From Cycas panzhihuaensis (taxonomy: Eukaryota; Plantae; Cycadophyta): a stretch of DNA of 64,000 bases. Below, piece by piece: positions 37,740-50,784 of the stretch. Position 1 is the first letter of the stretch. Each line of letters starts with the position of its first letter. A model generated the notes under the pieces. That model saw nothing but the letters and a program-made list of their open reading frames with translations, was not told where the DNA came from and made no database searches. The stretch is taken from contig CM041465.1 of assembly GCA_023213395.1 (NCBI GenBank), forward strand, positions 195,493,741 to 195,557,740. Reading direction: 5' to 3'. The position numbers and the translations under genes are program-made.

Positions 37740-38946
37740 CACCAAAGTCCCAAATTTTAAGATTAATCCATTATTGAAAAGATAAAATAACCATGTCAAT
37801 TTTCCAAAAGCTCCCACCTATGTATACACATTAATTTTTTAGAGTTGGCTTTAATAATTAAGAAAGTATTAATAAGAGATTAGTTTTGTTACATCTTAGA
37901 ACAAATTTGAATCTTTCCTACCAAAGATAGAAACTTAGAAGATCATAATGTAAGTTTTTATTCCACTCTATTTACAATAAACTCCTGCATCTCAATGAGT
38001 GATGTATCAAATCTAAAGGGAATTCCCAAGAATTTCAAATTTTTACCTACCTTAATCCAATCCTAGTTATATTAGTTTAACCAATCTAACCTATCTCTTG
38101 AGGTCTCTAAATAGCAAGCTCTTTTTTTCCTCCAATGAATTTTAGAGCTAGAAGCCTCATAAAAGGTGGGAATGGCATCTAATGCTTAGACGACATTCTT
38201 AGGTTTATCCTTGATTATGATAAAGAAATTATCAACAAGATGCTCATTGATCATCAAATTCCCTTAAGCCCCTAGTAAAGAAATGCCTCTAAAGAGACAT
38301 GTCATCTTTATCATAGAGCATGAAACTAATAAAATGATAACATCTTTTTTATCTAATTAAACACTATGGTGGTACTCCCCTTACATCATGCAATGAGTGC
38401 CTCCATAAGAAGGTAACTCAAGGTTAGCAAAACCCCACCAAAGTCAGTCTAGAGGTAGGAGTAGATCTCGCCACAACCACCCTAGCTTGCCTTAGCATTA
38501 ACAACACTCAGCCTCTCGTGTGATAAGTCTGAGAGTGATTAAGTGGGCCACCTAAGTATCAATCTCAATAACTATCAAAGTAACCACTCGCAAGTGGTAA
38601 AAGTTGAGAGAAGGCCCTCTAAACAAAGGGGATGATGGTTGTAGTGCCAACTCTAGTCCCTTTATTAATGAAGAAGTTTGGGAGGATGAATAAGATAGTG
38701 TAGTCAAGTCTCTAGTCTCATTGTACACCCTTTAATAGGAATTTTCTTTTTTGGTTTTCACATCCATGGGGTGGTGGAGATGATGTTCTCTCCCTATTTT
38801 TTTTGTCATATCATCATGTATGTAATGTTTTTGGTCTAATGAACTATTGCCTTTAATAAAAGAGAAAAACAAATAACATTATAGCAAACACAAAAATAGA
38901 TGGTGCCAATGGGCAACCTTACCTGATAAACCTTTCCAACTAAACT
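37740..38946 (-). pseudogene. L1-type LINE ORF2 reverse-transcriptase remnant (interrupted at 38344-38872)
   Basis: FIR*GCPLAPSIFVFA (~38885-38930, QGCPL motif); RGISL...INEHLVDNFFIII (decayed FADD region); KFLGIPF; LSLVGKIQI. Confidence 0.75.
38344..38872 (+). mobile_element. Short non-LTR-type insertion (SINE or 5'-truncated LINE) with A-rich tail
   Basis: Flanked by the 7-bp direct repeat ataacat (38337-38343 and 38873-38879). Ends aataaaagagaaaaacaa. Interrupts LINE RT homology. Confidence 0.5.
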
Positions 38947-39103
38947 ACTTATGGCTTTTGCCCCAACCTCTTGCCTTAACAAGGTAAGTAGTAGTTAAGA
39001 ATAAAATACATAATGGTGATATGTTGACATGCGACACAACCACAATAGATTTAGTGTTAGAGTAGCTTATAGTAAAAGTCACTTTAAAATTAAAGTTTTC
39101 ACT

Positions 39104-39160
39104 CACACGCACACACACACACACACACATAGATAATACACACACATACACATACACATT
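39104..39160. repeat. Imperfect (CA)n microsatellite inside the element B 5' LTR
   Basis: cacacgcacacacacacacacacacat...cacacacatacacatacac. Confidence 0.9.
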
Positions 39161-39848
39161 CATTAGGCTTATTTCAATAAATCATGGATAATCATAATTA
39201 ACTAAATCTTTTTAGTAAGGAAATATGTGTGGTAATAATGATTGGCCATTACATTCCTTGATTAATAGTGTGCTCTTATCCATTGGGTTCTTTGAGTATT
39301 CATTAATAAGATTTATTTGTAGTAGATCATAGGCAATAGTCTTTGTCTTTAGTGGCCACCCAGTTTGGACCGATACAACTAGTATGGAAAGTTATCTCCT
39401 AGCCCTCTATGGATGGTTCATGTTTACAAGGGATGAAATTTGTAGAGAGGCACCAAGTTTTAGTAAACATGATGAGTTTTCTTAGCCCTCACTACCATTG
39501 GTCTAACCTTTGAGTTATCGCCACTTCACACAAGATCCTCTAATCTCTATTACCTAAGATGTTTCAGATCTCCTTTAGAGGGTGCATTTTTCAACCCTCC
39601 ATCAGGCCCAACTTTCACATGGCTTATCCACCACGGATCTCATAGTTTAAAGGACTAGGTTGTCTCCGTTTGATCTCGATGCAATCATTTTGACATCCCT
39701 ACATGTTGTAACCATGTGTGCCATCCAAATTACTACTTAACACCTAGGTTTGGAGCTACTACATATAGTTCAAATCTTATAATACCCACTTGATATACAT
39801 TATATATTTCATTATATATTTTGACATTGCATTTTGTGAATATGATCA

Positions 39849-41340
39849 TGTAATTACCCTTTTAATTATAAAATAAGGACCTAGTGAAATGCCCAGTTAT
39901 GTGTGGGGTTGTACCTTAGTATATTTCATGCTTTGTATTATGAGAATATAAGACATTAGCGGCAAGAAGCATGTGTGTATATAAATATTTTTTAGGGTTA
40001 AATGCCTAGGCGCTTTGTAAATAAAATAAATTCCTATTGATAAAATAAGATCGAAATTGCACTAAGGAAATAGTAAGATGCACATGACATGAGTGAAGAA
40101 GGAATTCCCTAGGGGGAAATGTTTTAAGTCTTAATATCTCTTATGAGCCCACATGGTCATTAAAATGAGTTTGTGAAGAGTTAGTGGAGTATTAAATGAT
40201 CCCACAATTATGTGTAATACCTACCTTCTATAGAATGTGATTAGAAAGGGAGATTAACACTAATTACTCATTTAATCCTATTAACCTAAGTCAATCATGG
40301 GCCAAAAAGTAACTAATATGAGAGGGGGTTGACTTTTGGGTATAAAAGGAGAGGGGTGGTGAATGACTAATTTTTTGGAATGTTAAATCTTTTAAAATTC
40401 AAATTTCATACATGTTCATCTTTAGCATTCAAATTAGAAGTGTTGATCAGTTTCTTATGTATTGTAGGATATCCATACCTAGGTTTGGATTTGCATGCTT
40501 ATGAGATGCATGATTACTTTATTCTTTACCTATGAGCCCATGGCTATATTACATAAGTGAGTTCTACTGTGACAAAGATGTGAGGCTTTTCCTGGCAATG
40601 CTACAATGGTGTTTTATTGTGTTATAAGTGTGTATGTTGAATATAACAAGATGCCTAAGGGATTCAATGAAAGTGCACTAAAAATATGGTAGAGAATCCC
40701 AAGTGATATGCATTGTTCTTTGTTGGATCCTAATGTATTACCATGGTGAGATGCCTAGACTTATAATGACTTGCATGATGTTGTAGTAAATTCCTATTAA
40801 GCCATAATATAGTAGGCTTCATTAGTCTCTTGTATGATGCTTGATAGGTTGTATACTTGTGTGTTATGATATAGAAGTGAGGGTTTAGAGCTATTAGAAA
40901 GTACTCCTATATTCATTTCATGTGCCTCAACATGGAGGCAAATTCTCAATGATAGTTTTTAATTAGTTGGGTGGTAAATCCTTTTGAGAAATATGGTTTT
41001 ATCACACAAAAGATGAATGTTTTTATTCTATTTTTATATAGATGGTTTCATGATGCCGTGTGATGGAATTCAACTAATAAATAATCATTATTTCTTAAGT
41101 TATTACATATATGAGGGGTAGTATATATATTATTAACTCCATATAGACAATATAATTTATATGATATCTCTTCCTTGTTGTTAGCACAGCATGTTGTTCG
41201 TTAGTCATGTAGTTTTGTTGCATGTTTTTATGAACTTGTGCAGTTTGGAATTTGCAAACTCATGAAGAGGAAACACTGCACTTGGTGTCAAAACATATTA
41301 TTTTGCTTTTATTTAGGGTAGCAAGAAGTAGGACATTATG
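39849..41340 (+). repeat. Element A 5' LTR
   Basis: Colinear with 53109-54619 but clearly diverged. Confidence 0.85.
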
Positions 41341-41729
41341 CTTGGTATCAAAGCAAGTGATAAATTATTGCTCGCTCATGGTTGCAAGAAGTGGGATGTT
41401 ACTATCGATATCATAAGCAAAGTCAAGTTCAATTTAATTAGGGCCAAAATTCAAGCTCAAAGAGAATGCGTGATAAATCATAGGTTGAGAGACTAAAGAA
41501 AATCATAATGAAGAACTAACATTTTAGAATTATGCTGTCAAAGAAATGGAGTTAAGTCAAAGTATTTCAAATTTTGGCAAGACAGAAATGAGCTACAAAC
41601 TTGTGTCAAATTGAACCCTTGTTGAGAGGGAGGACCATAGTTCAAATAAACTATTATCAAAGTTCAATATTAGATGTAGCTATAGAGAATTTTTATTTTC
41701 GATGTGAATTACTTTCTATTATAGAAGGG

Positions 41730-42270
41730 CTTGACCAATAAGCTTAGAAGTCAATAGAACTTGGTCAAGGAGACCTTAGTCAATATAACTTTGGTTAATA
41801 AGACTCAGTTAAGAGAAGCTCAGTTAACAAAACTTTGGTCGACAAGTCAATAGTTGCTAGGAGTTAGTCAAGAGAATCTTGGTTGATAGAACTTTTGCTG
41901 ACAAGTAGATAGGTCAAAGGAACTTAGTCAAGAGGACCTTGGTCGATAGAATTTTGGTCAATACATCAATAAGACTTGATTAATATAGCTTTGGTTCATA
42001 AAACTCTAGTAGATAGGTCAACAAGTCAAAAAGACTTAATTGAGAGGAACTTTAGTCAACAATTGATGGGACTTGGTCAAGAGAAAATTTGATTGATAGG
42101 AAGACAAGACTTAGTCGAGGGTAGGTTTGGTCGATAATCTGATAGAGCTTAGAACAACAAAGATTTATCAATAAATCTTCGTTGACACATTAAAATCGAT
42201 AGACCTTTATTGACACACCTATGTTGGTAAACCTCCATTGGCAAACTTTTATCAATGTACCTTCATCGAT
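41730..42270. repeat. Degenerate short-period repeat array (tt[a/g]gtc[a/g]a core) in the element A leader
   Basis: Many recurrences of ttggtcaa / ttagtcaa / ttggtcga at roughly 20-bp spacing. Confidence 0.7.
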
Positions 42271-42999
42271 AAACCACGATCATGTCAGCATTTATAGGAT
42301 GAGATTATCAATTAACACTATTTGTATACATTTTCTAGAAAGTAATAGATTTTGTAGAATCATATATTAGATGATCATAGCCAAGTATTAAGCGTTTAAG
42401 TTAAACTTGGTCAACTTGAAGATTGTGAGGAAAATTTAAACATACACACATATAAGAAATTTTATTCTAGGGGATCTAACTTTGTATTAAGAGTTTAGAT
42501 CGACTTAGAACTTTAGAGATAGCATTGTAGTATCATTATCTTTGATAACTCATGAGGTAGTTGTACACCATTTGATAAGAATCTCATGATTTATATGTTT
42601 TATTATCAACATTGTAACATGCACACTATTGGTAAACAATAGTTGAAACTTTAGAAGCATAAGCATTTTGGCATTCTGCACCTACATCTTTATTTGACTC
42701 AATTACTAATTCTTAACAAAAATTAAGAAATTTTATTTAAATAAAAAATCTCACTACTCCCTAAAAGATCCCTAAATCAAAAAATTATGTGTATCTCTCT
42801 TATATGTTTCTGGATGAGATTTATGTATTTGCTTCTAGACTAAATCAATATTTCAAAGATTTCCTTCCTTTACATGAAGGGGAAATTCTACGTTGTTTGG
42901 CACTTTTCGTCAAAGGTCAACATTGCAAGGGAAATAACAATAATTACAATGATAAGGGATACATAATTTAGGTAATTTGGCCAAGGTGACTCATTTGAT

Positions 43000-45544
43000 G
43001 AAGAGATGGAATTATCAGAGGATCATTGATAAGAAGAAACTTAACTGAGAATGTTCCAAGTAAAGTTTGTGAAAACTATTCGTAGGTTGCAATAACATAT
43101 TCTTATTTACAAAGAGGATAATAATTGAATCTTGAAGAAGCTTATGAACCTTCAAAGAACCATGGAGTGAGGCTGGGCAAAGAAGAAAATTTAAAATATT
43201 TATAGTGATGGAAATAAGAAGAAAATCACAAGAATATTCGATGAAAAGGGACTTAAGAGAACAAAAAAATAAAGCATTGGTGTGAGTATGAGTGATGAGA
43301 TAAGGTCAACTTCTAGTGAGACTAAATCTTTATAATCAACATCATCCTTCATGAGAAGTAAAAGACTAAGAGTTCACAACTCAACAAGGAAATGCTAACA
43401 ATATAAATTCCTGAAAGTTAAATCCCATATCTTTAGTAGGGAAATTAAAGATGAAGATGAAGTGGAAGTCTAGCTTGTAAATATGAAGAAGCATTTTAAC
43501 TTTATGACTTCACATAAAATGATAAGATGAGAATAACGATTTATAATCTCACCGTCAGTGCATCACTTTGGCAAGAACACTAAAAAAATGTGAAGCACAT
43601 GAAAAAAAAAAAAAAAAGGAAAAGAATTACAATGAAATAAATTCTCCAAGTACTTTAAGTAAAAATTACCTTTCTATATATTATTTTGATAAGAAGACAA
43701 AATCCTTCTATGAGTTGAAGCAAGAAAAGATGGTAGTGGACAAATATGAAAGGCAATTCATAAACCATCTAAAACATGCTCCCTATATCTATAAAGAAAG
43801 GGTGAAAGTAAATAGGTTTATAAATGTTCTGAATAAAGTTATTAGAGATAGAATAAAAATCTTAAAGCCTAAGACCTTATAAGAGGTAATTAGGAAGGCA
43901 TAACATTTTAAAGTTAAATGGGCTAGGCAATAAGACAATAACCTTAAGCAAAATGATAGGTTTCAATAAAAATAAGATAAGCATAGGAAATTACTTAGAT
44001 CTCCTCCTCCTTGATAAGGAATATAGGACACTAATTGTATTTATACAAACTTTCCAAAAGATGCTTCTCAAGTTACATGTATTTGTTATGAGGAAAAATG
44101 AAACAATGCTTATAGATGCCCATTGAAAGTAAACACAGGAGGAAAATCCTCTGATATCATAATGCAAGAAAATGTAATCAAGGGGAAAGAACCTATGAGA
44201 ATATATGATTTAGTGGATGGTCCACAAGCAAATTATCAATCAACCATGGTGCAAACTCTAGGTAAATTTTCTAACAAAGTTATGTCTATATTGATTAACT
44301 TTAATGGCAGTCATAATTTCTTATCGCTAAGAGTTGTAGAGAAATATAAATTAAAGCTTAGTAGGTATGACAATGAATAAATTATATAAATGGAAAATGA
44401 AAATAGAAGAATGGTGATTGAATTCATTCCTAATGGTAAATTTGAATGGGAATGATAGATTAATTTTGCTACTTTCCAAATTCTACCACTAAGAGATTAT
44501 GAGGCAATAATTGATCTCAAATATTTGAAGAAGCATTAAAAAAGAAAAAAAAAAATCAATTGTTATAATAAGGTCATCGAATGTTTAGACAATGAGGGAC
44601 ATCTTAGACTCATATAAGGGAAAAGGAGACCCATCATAGTTTGACAAATTTCTACTATACATGGCAAGGGTAGCATGCAAAAGGGTTGCCAACTTCATGT
44701 AGCCTATGTTAGTGATGAAAGTAGATAAAAAGTCCCCAGGTTGGAAGATTATCCAATATTATAGGAATTTTTTTATGTATTTCCAAATGAAGCACTAGGC
44801 TTGCCATTTTAGAGAGAAGTGGAATATGTCATTCAGTTAATTCCAAGGCCAAAACCTATGTCTAAGGCACAATATCATGTGTCCATACCAGAGTTATTAA
44901 AATTAAAGATATAACTACAAGAACTATTAGATAAGGGATTTATTAAACCTAATGTATCGCCATAGGGAGCACCCATCTTATTCATAAAGAGAAAAGATAG
45001 AACACTACATCTATACATCAACTATAAATAACTAAATAAAGAAATAACAAAGTATAAATATCCCCTCCTAAGGATTGATGACTTATTGACCATATGAGAA
45101 AATTTAAAGTTATTTTTCAAAAACAACTTAAGGTCAAGATACTATCATATTTGAATCAAGGATGAAGATATTCATAAAACAACATTCTAAATATAATATA
45201 GGCATTATGAGTTTGTGAGATTGCCATTTGGCCTAACAAATTCCCTAGTTACATTTATGTGTTTGATGAATAGTGTATTGTAACCATACTTGGATAAGTT
45301 TATCCTTGTTTTCTTAGATAGCATATTGATTTACTCCAAATCAAAATAAGAACATGATGAACATTTAAAAATTTTGTTATAACTTTTATGGAAGCATAAA
45401 TTATATACAAGATTGAATAAGTACTAGTTTTATTAGAAACATATACAATATTTAGGTCCCATATTATCGAAAAAAAGGCATCTCTATTGATTCACAAAAG
45501 ATTAAAGCTATTATGGAATAGACCACATCTAAGAATATTTTTAA
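43000..45544 (+). pseudogene. Element A gag, protease and RT pseudogene
   Basis: FYELKQEKMVVDKYERQF (Gag); ILINFNGSHNFL (protease); SP*GAPILFIKRKD.TL.LYINYK.LNK; YPLLRIDDL; HYEFVRLPFGLTNS; LVFLDSILIYS. Start approximate. Confidence 0.88.
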
Positions 45545-48500
45545 TATTAAACAAAAAAGATTGAATTAGAAAGAGAGTTTCTCTCTTATATATATACAAC
45601 CAATTTACAAAAGAAACCCAATGCATGTATGCTAAGCGTCATTTTTAAACAGAAGAGAGATAATGGCACATAACCCTCAATTTATATAAGAGACTCCTAA
45701 GTATGAAACATGGGATAAAACATTAATATTTTAATACCCTCTCTTAATGTTTTATCCTTTGTTTTTTATTTCTAATAGATTTCTAAAATACTGAAACTTG
45801 TTTTTTAATAAGAGCTTTGTAAAAATGTGAGCAACTCGTTGTTCACTGTTGCAATATTGTAAATCTATTTCTTTATTTTAAACCCTTTCTCTAATAAGAT
45901 GATGATATACTACTATGTGTTTAATCCTTACATAAAAAACAAGATTTTTAGTAAATTTGATAACACTTTGATTATCACAAAAGATCGTGGTTGTTTCAAG
46001 ATAACTCTTATTTAAATCTTTAAAAAGTTGTTTTAACCATACTGCTTCACAGGTTGCACTGACTATAGCTTTATACTCTACTTCTATTGATGATAATTCA
46101 ATTGTTAGTTGTTTTTTACTGCTCCACATTGCTACAATTGATCTGTAATTAAAACAATATCCTAATGTAGACTTTCTTTCTTGTCAGTTTCCAACCCAGT
46201 CATAGTCACTATATCCAACTAAACTTGGTTTGTCTGTCTTAATATATTATAGCCCAAGATCTAATGTGCCTTTAATGTATCTTAAGATTTATTTGGAAAT
46301 ATTCTAATGAGTAACTATTGGATTATGTATAAACCTAGAAATCATCCCTACTGAAAAATAAATATTTGGTTTAGTTGTTGTTAAGTAAATGAGACTTTCA
46401 ACTAGTTATCTAAAGAGCATCTTACTTACTTGATGACTATCTTTGACAGTTGTCAAAACATATCTAATTTCCATGGGTGTGGCACAAGGATTGCACTATT
46501 CCATATTGAATCTTTTGGAAAAAATCTTGGTATACTTTGACTATAAAATGAAGATACCATTTGTTTTCTAATTAACTTCTATACCAAGATAGTAACGAAA
46601 TGCACTTATATCAGTCATTTCAAAATTATCTTTCATTTGTGTTTGCATCCATATGATGGTTTCATGATCATTACCTATAACAATATTATCATCTATATAC
46701 ACAATAATTATAGTAATAAAGTCTTTTCATTTTTTAACATAAAAACATGGATCAACTTTATATTTATTGAATCTTTTCTTTTAGAGATGATGATTTAACT
46801 TCGCACACCAAACTCAGGGTGCTTGTTTCAAGTCGTATAAAGCCTTTTTTAACTTGCAGACTAGATTTTCTCATTTTTTGTATCTAGATAGTTACTCCAT
46901 GTAGGCTTCTTAATTTAGATCACCATTTAAAAATGTCTTGTTACATCAAATTGCATAATTTCCCATCCATATTGCATTGTCAGAGCTATAACCATGTAGA
47001 TGGTTATCAATCTTTTTACTAAAACAAAAGTTTCTTCATAATTAATAAATAATGTCTAGGTATATCATTTTGCAACTAGTTTGGCTTTGTACTTTTCAAT
47101 ACTACCATTAAATTTCTCATTTATTTTGTAAACTCATTTGTAATCTATAATAAGTTTACCTTCAGGTGGAGGAACTAACTCCCAAATATTGTTTTGTTTT
47201 ATAGAGAGCATTTCTTTATTCATGGCTTTTAACTACTTTGTTTTTTAGCAAGTTTCTTCATAATTATGAGGTTCAACTAAACAAGTCAATGGTTGATGCC
47301 TTTAAGATCTAGCTCTTTGCTTAAACACATCTCCTTTTGATTCTTCTATAGTTTTTAAATACCACTTGGGAAACCTTTTTTCATAAGCACTTTTTTGCCT
47401 TTCTGTTTCGGTTGTCGTTTCTAGTTCTTAATGAGATGTTGTTTCTTCCTGATCATGAGATACAAACTCTTCCTAAGTTGTATCCTCTTTAGAAGACTCC
47501 ATATTTTCTTTTATTACTATGGCTTCCTAGGTGCAAGTAAAATCCCTATTGATTGAAGTGCCTTCATCAAAAGTGACATCTTTACTCACATAGATTTTGT
47601 TAGTTTTTGTATCTATGCAATGATGGGCTTTTGATTTATTTCTATAACCAATCATGATACATTCAATACTTTTGCCATCTAATTTAGTTATTTTTTTATT
47701 TAGAATGTACACGTAAGCTATGCTTCCAAAAATTCTTAGATGACTTGCATCAAGTTTCTTGCTTGTTCATACTTCTTTTAGAGTAATTCTTAGATAACTT
47801 ATATCAAGTTTCATGTATGTTCATAGTTCTTTTGGAGTAATCTTATTAAGAGCTCTTATAAGACTTCTGTTTATAAGATAAACAATTATGTTAATGGCTT
47901 CATCAGAATATACATTTAAAACATTTTGTTTCTTTTATCATACATCGTACCATTTCTGTTATAGTTTTGTTTAATCTTTTTTATGCTCCATTAGATTGTG
48001 GAGTATAAAGAGCGGTGATCTGTTTACGAATACCATGGATTTTACAAAAATTAGAAAGTTCATTTGAAATATATTCCCCTCCTCCATCTATTTTAAAAAT
48101 TTTGATTATGAGCCCACTTTCTAATTCAACTTGAGCTTTAAACTTTTTAAAACAATCAAAGTCTTTTGATTTATTAAAATTAAAGAACAACCAAGATTTT
48201 TTACTGAAGTCATCTATAAATGTGAAAATATACCTAATACCATTAATAGAATTAGGTGTAATTAGTTCACATATATCACTATAAACTAGTTCCAATATTT
48301 TTTATGTTTTCCAACTACTTTCTTAAAATGGTGCTCTATGTTGTTTGCCCAACATACAACTTTTTTCAAATAGAAGAATTTATTGTAATATCAACAGCTA
48401 ATCCATCAACCATATTAAAACTTCTAAGCATTTTAAGCCTATCATCGGCAATATGCTCATATCAAGAATGCCATATTTTATTATTAATGTTTTGAGTAGT

Positions 48501-50779
48501 AAAAGTTCTAATAGAAAAGTAAATAATAGGAGTAGAGACTAATTTATAAAGATTATTAGTTTCTATTCCTTCTACAATAACATCACCTCCTTTTTTCTTG
48601 TCACAAATATAATATTTTCCATCTTTATAAAAGATGAAGCTTTTTCTTTCCTAATTGAAATACATAAAGAAATTTTTTCTTCAATCTTAGGACAAACAGA
48701 ATATTATCAACCTTTGTGATGTCTTCCTTAATTTTGACTGCAATAGTTTATTTGCCTTTAATCTTCAAAGAAAAATTATCTTTGAGTTCAACTGTTTGGT
48801 TTATTAGATAAGGATGAAGGGTCTGAAACCAATCTTCTCTACTAGTCATATGATTTAAGGCTCTAGAATCAATAAACCAGTCTTCATTGCTTTGAGTACA
48901 TAAGGCCAAACAACAATGAAAGCAGTTTCCTCTTCTTCCTCATTTTTAGTTACCCATTGTTGTAGTCACCTTTAACACAATTTTCTTTAGAGATTTTAGC
49001 TTTTCTATGAAAACATTTACTTGAAAAATGTTTAAATCTCCTACAACAATAATAAGGTCAAGTTTCTATGGCTCTACAGTCAATAGTAAAGTGTCATGAT
49101 CTACCACAATGAGAACATACCCAATTATCTATTGATCTTCCCTTGATCGGTCATAATCTTCCTCTAGTGAATCTTCCTCAGCTTGCTCTTATATCTATTG
49201 ACCTTCCTCTTGTGGTTCTCCCTCATTCTCAGATCCTGAGTTTAGAGAAAAATATTTTTTCAACTTTTGTTTCTTCATCATACCTTTATATTCTATGCTC
49301 ATATTGGAGAAAATGTCCACATAAGGTGTCGAATGATATGTTACGAGCTTGTCCTCCCACAGTTAGTGTATTCACTACATTGTCAAATGATTTTGGTAGT
49401 TTATTTAGTACAAGGTGAATAATGTATGTATTTGATATGGACTCGCCTATAGAAATGAGAGTATCTTTGATTTCTACTAATTTAATAATAAAACCATAAA
49501 CTTGTTTGCCCTCCCTTAAATGAAGCTTGTATAATTGTTCTAAGAATGATGATTCAAGCTTCATTTTCTTGATTGTATAAGGTTGCAAGAATTTTTTAAG
49601 CCTCAACTGAGGAGGAGGCTCCACTTATGTAAGTTAAAATGGAATCACTTATAGATAGAGTGATGATTACGAATGCATGTATGTTCCTTTCCTCCCAACT
49701 AACAAGTTGTACAATATCTAAAGTAATCGGCTTTTTTCTTTCTCATAACTATGTCTTAAGCATTTTTGCCAACTAAGAGATCCTTCATTTTAAATCTCTA
49801 GACTATATAATTTTGTCCAATTAATTTGTTTGACTCTCCTAATGAGTAAAATGAAGCCCTTTTATAAGAGACAGTAGAGGGAATTACAAAAAAAAATCTA
49901 TTTTTTTTACTGTATTTAGCTAAGTCTATATAGTTGTATAGTTATACAGTTATATGAAAAAAATATAGGTGTATGAAAAAAAAAAAAAAAACCTCAAACT
50001 TTAGATCTCTTCACCACCTACTAAAATCTAAAATCAGAATTTGGATTGGATTTTTTATTTGGGAGAAAATTAACTTAAAAAAAAAAAGGACAACTAAGAT
50101 TTAAATTATAATTTTTTTTATAACTTTAAAAATCTTCAAAAAATCTCTACAAACTTATACTTGACAGAAAGTTTATGTTCTAAGAAAGATTTTAAGACCA
50201 CTTGTAGTAACTAAGATTAATAAAACATAAAGAAAACAACAGTAAAAGCTTCAGACCTACTTCCTTGTTTTTTTAAGATTTCTCGCTTACTAAGGCAGAA
50301 TTTACAATCGAGCCTTTGGGACAACAAACTCTACTCTTCAAAATGTCTTTGCTAATGAAATTTTATGATGATCTGAGCACTTTGATTTTTTGTTTATATA
50401 GGGTTGTATAAATCCATACAACAATTTTGTACTAGATGTGCAAGGTCTTTAAGAGTTATTTTCCTTTAAAAAATATTTTAAAATATGTCTCTTTGCTCAT
50501 GCTTCTCCTCCTCCAAAAGACAAGTACTTTAACATCCCTGCCATATTTGTTATGATACCATATTAAAAAAAAAAGACTAAGTTAGAAAGAGAAAGATTTT
50601 CCTTAATTGATAGAAGAGAGTTTCTCTCTCATATATATACAATTGATTTATAAAAGAGGCCTAGTACATGTATGCCAAGTGTCATTTTTAAACAGAAGGG
50701 AAACAATGATACATAACCTTCAATTTACACAAGAGACTCCTAAGTAGTAGACATAGGATAAAACATTAATATTCTAATA
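45545..50779 (-). mobile_element. Ty1/Copia LTR retrotransposon (Copia-3), full-length, decayed
   Basis: LTRs 45545-45736 and 50561-50779. Decayed PBS gttatgatacca (50549-50560). Perfect TSD tttaa (45540-45544, 50780-50784). The host RT reads ...SKNIFN|VKSF across the site. Confidence 0.93.
45745..49865 (-). pseudogene. Copia-3 gag-pol pseudogene
   Basis: Gag ORF 49286-49624. Integrase ELVYSDIC...FIDDFS...DGGGEY...YTPQSNG (47981-48295) and KLDGKS..C..IGY (47527-47712). RNase H WSSKKQ...SS.E.EY...FCDNQS (45878-46129). Confidence 0.92.
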
Positions 50780-50784
50780 TTTAA

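Noticed and set aside
38945-39163. ORFs with VCVCV or YIYIYI runs (also 21080-21358)
   Set aside because: Translations of microsatellites.
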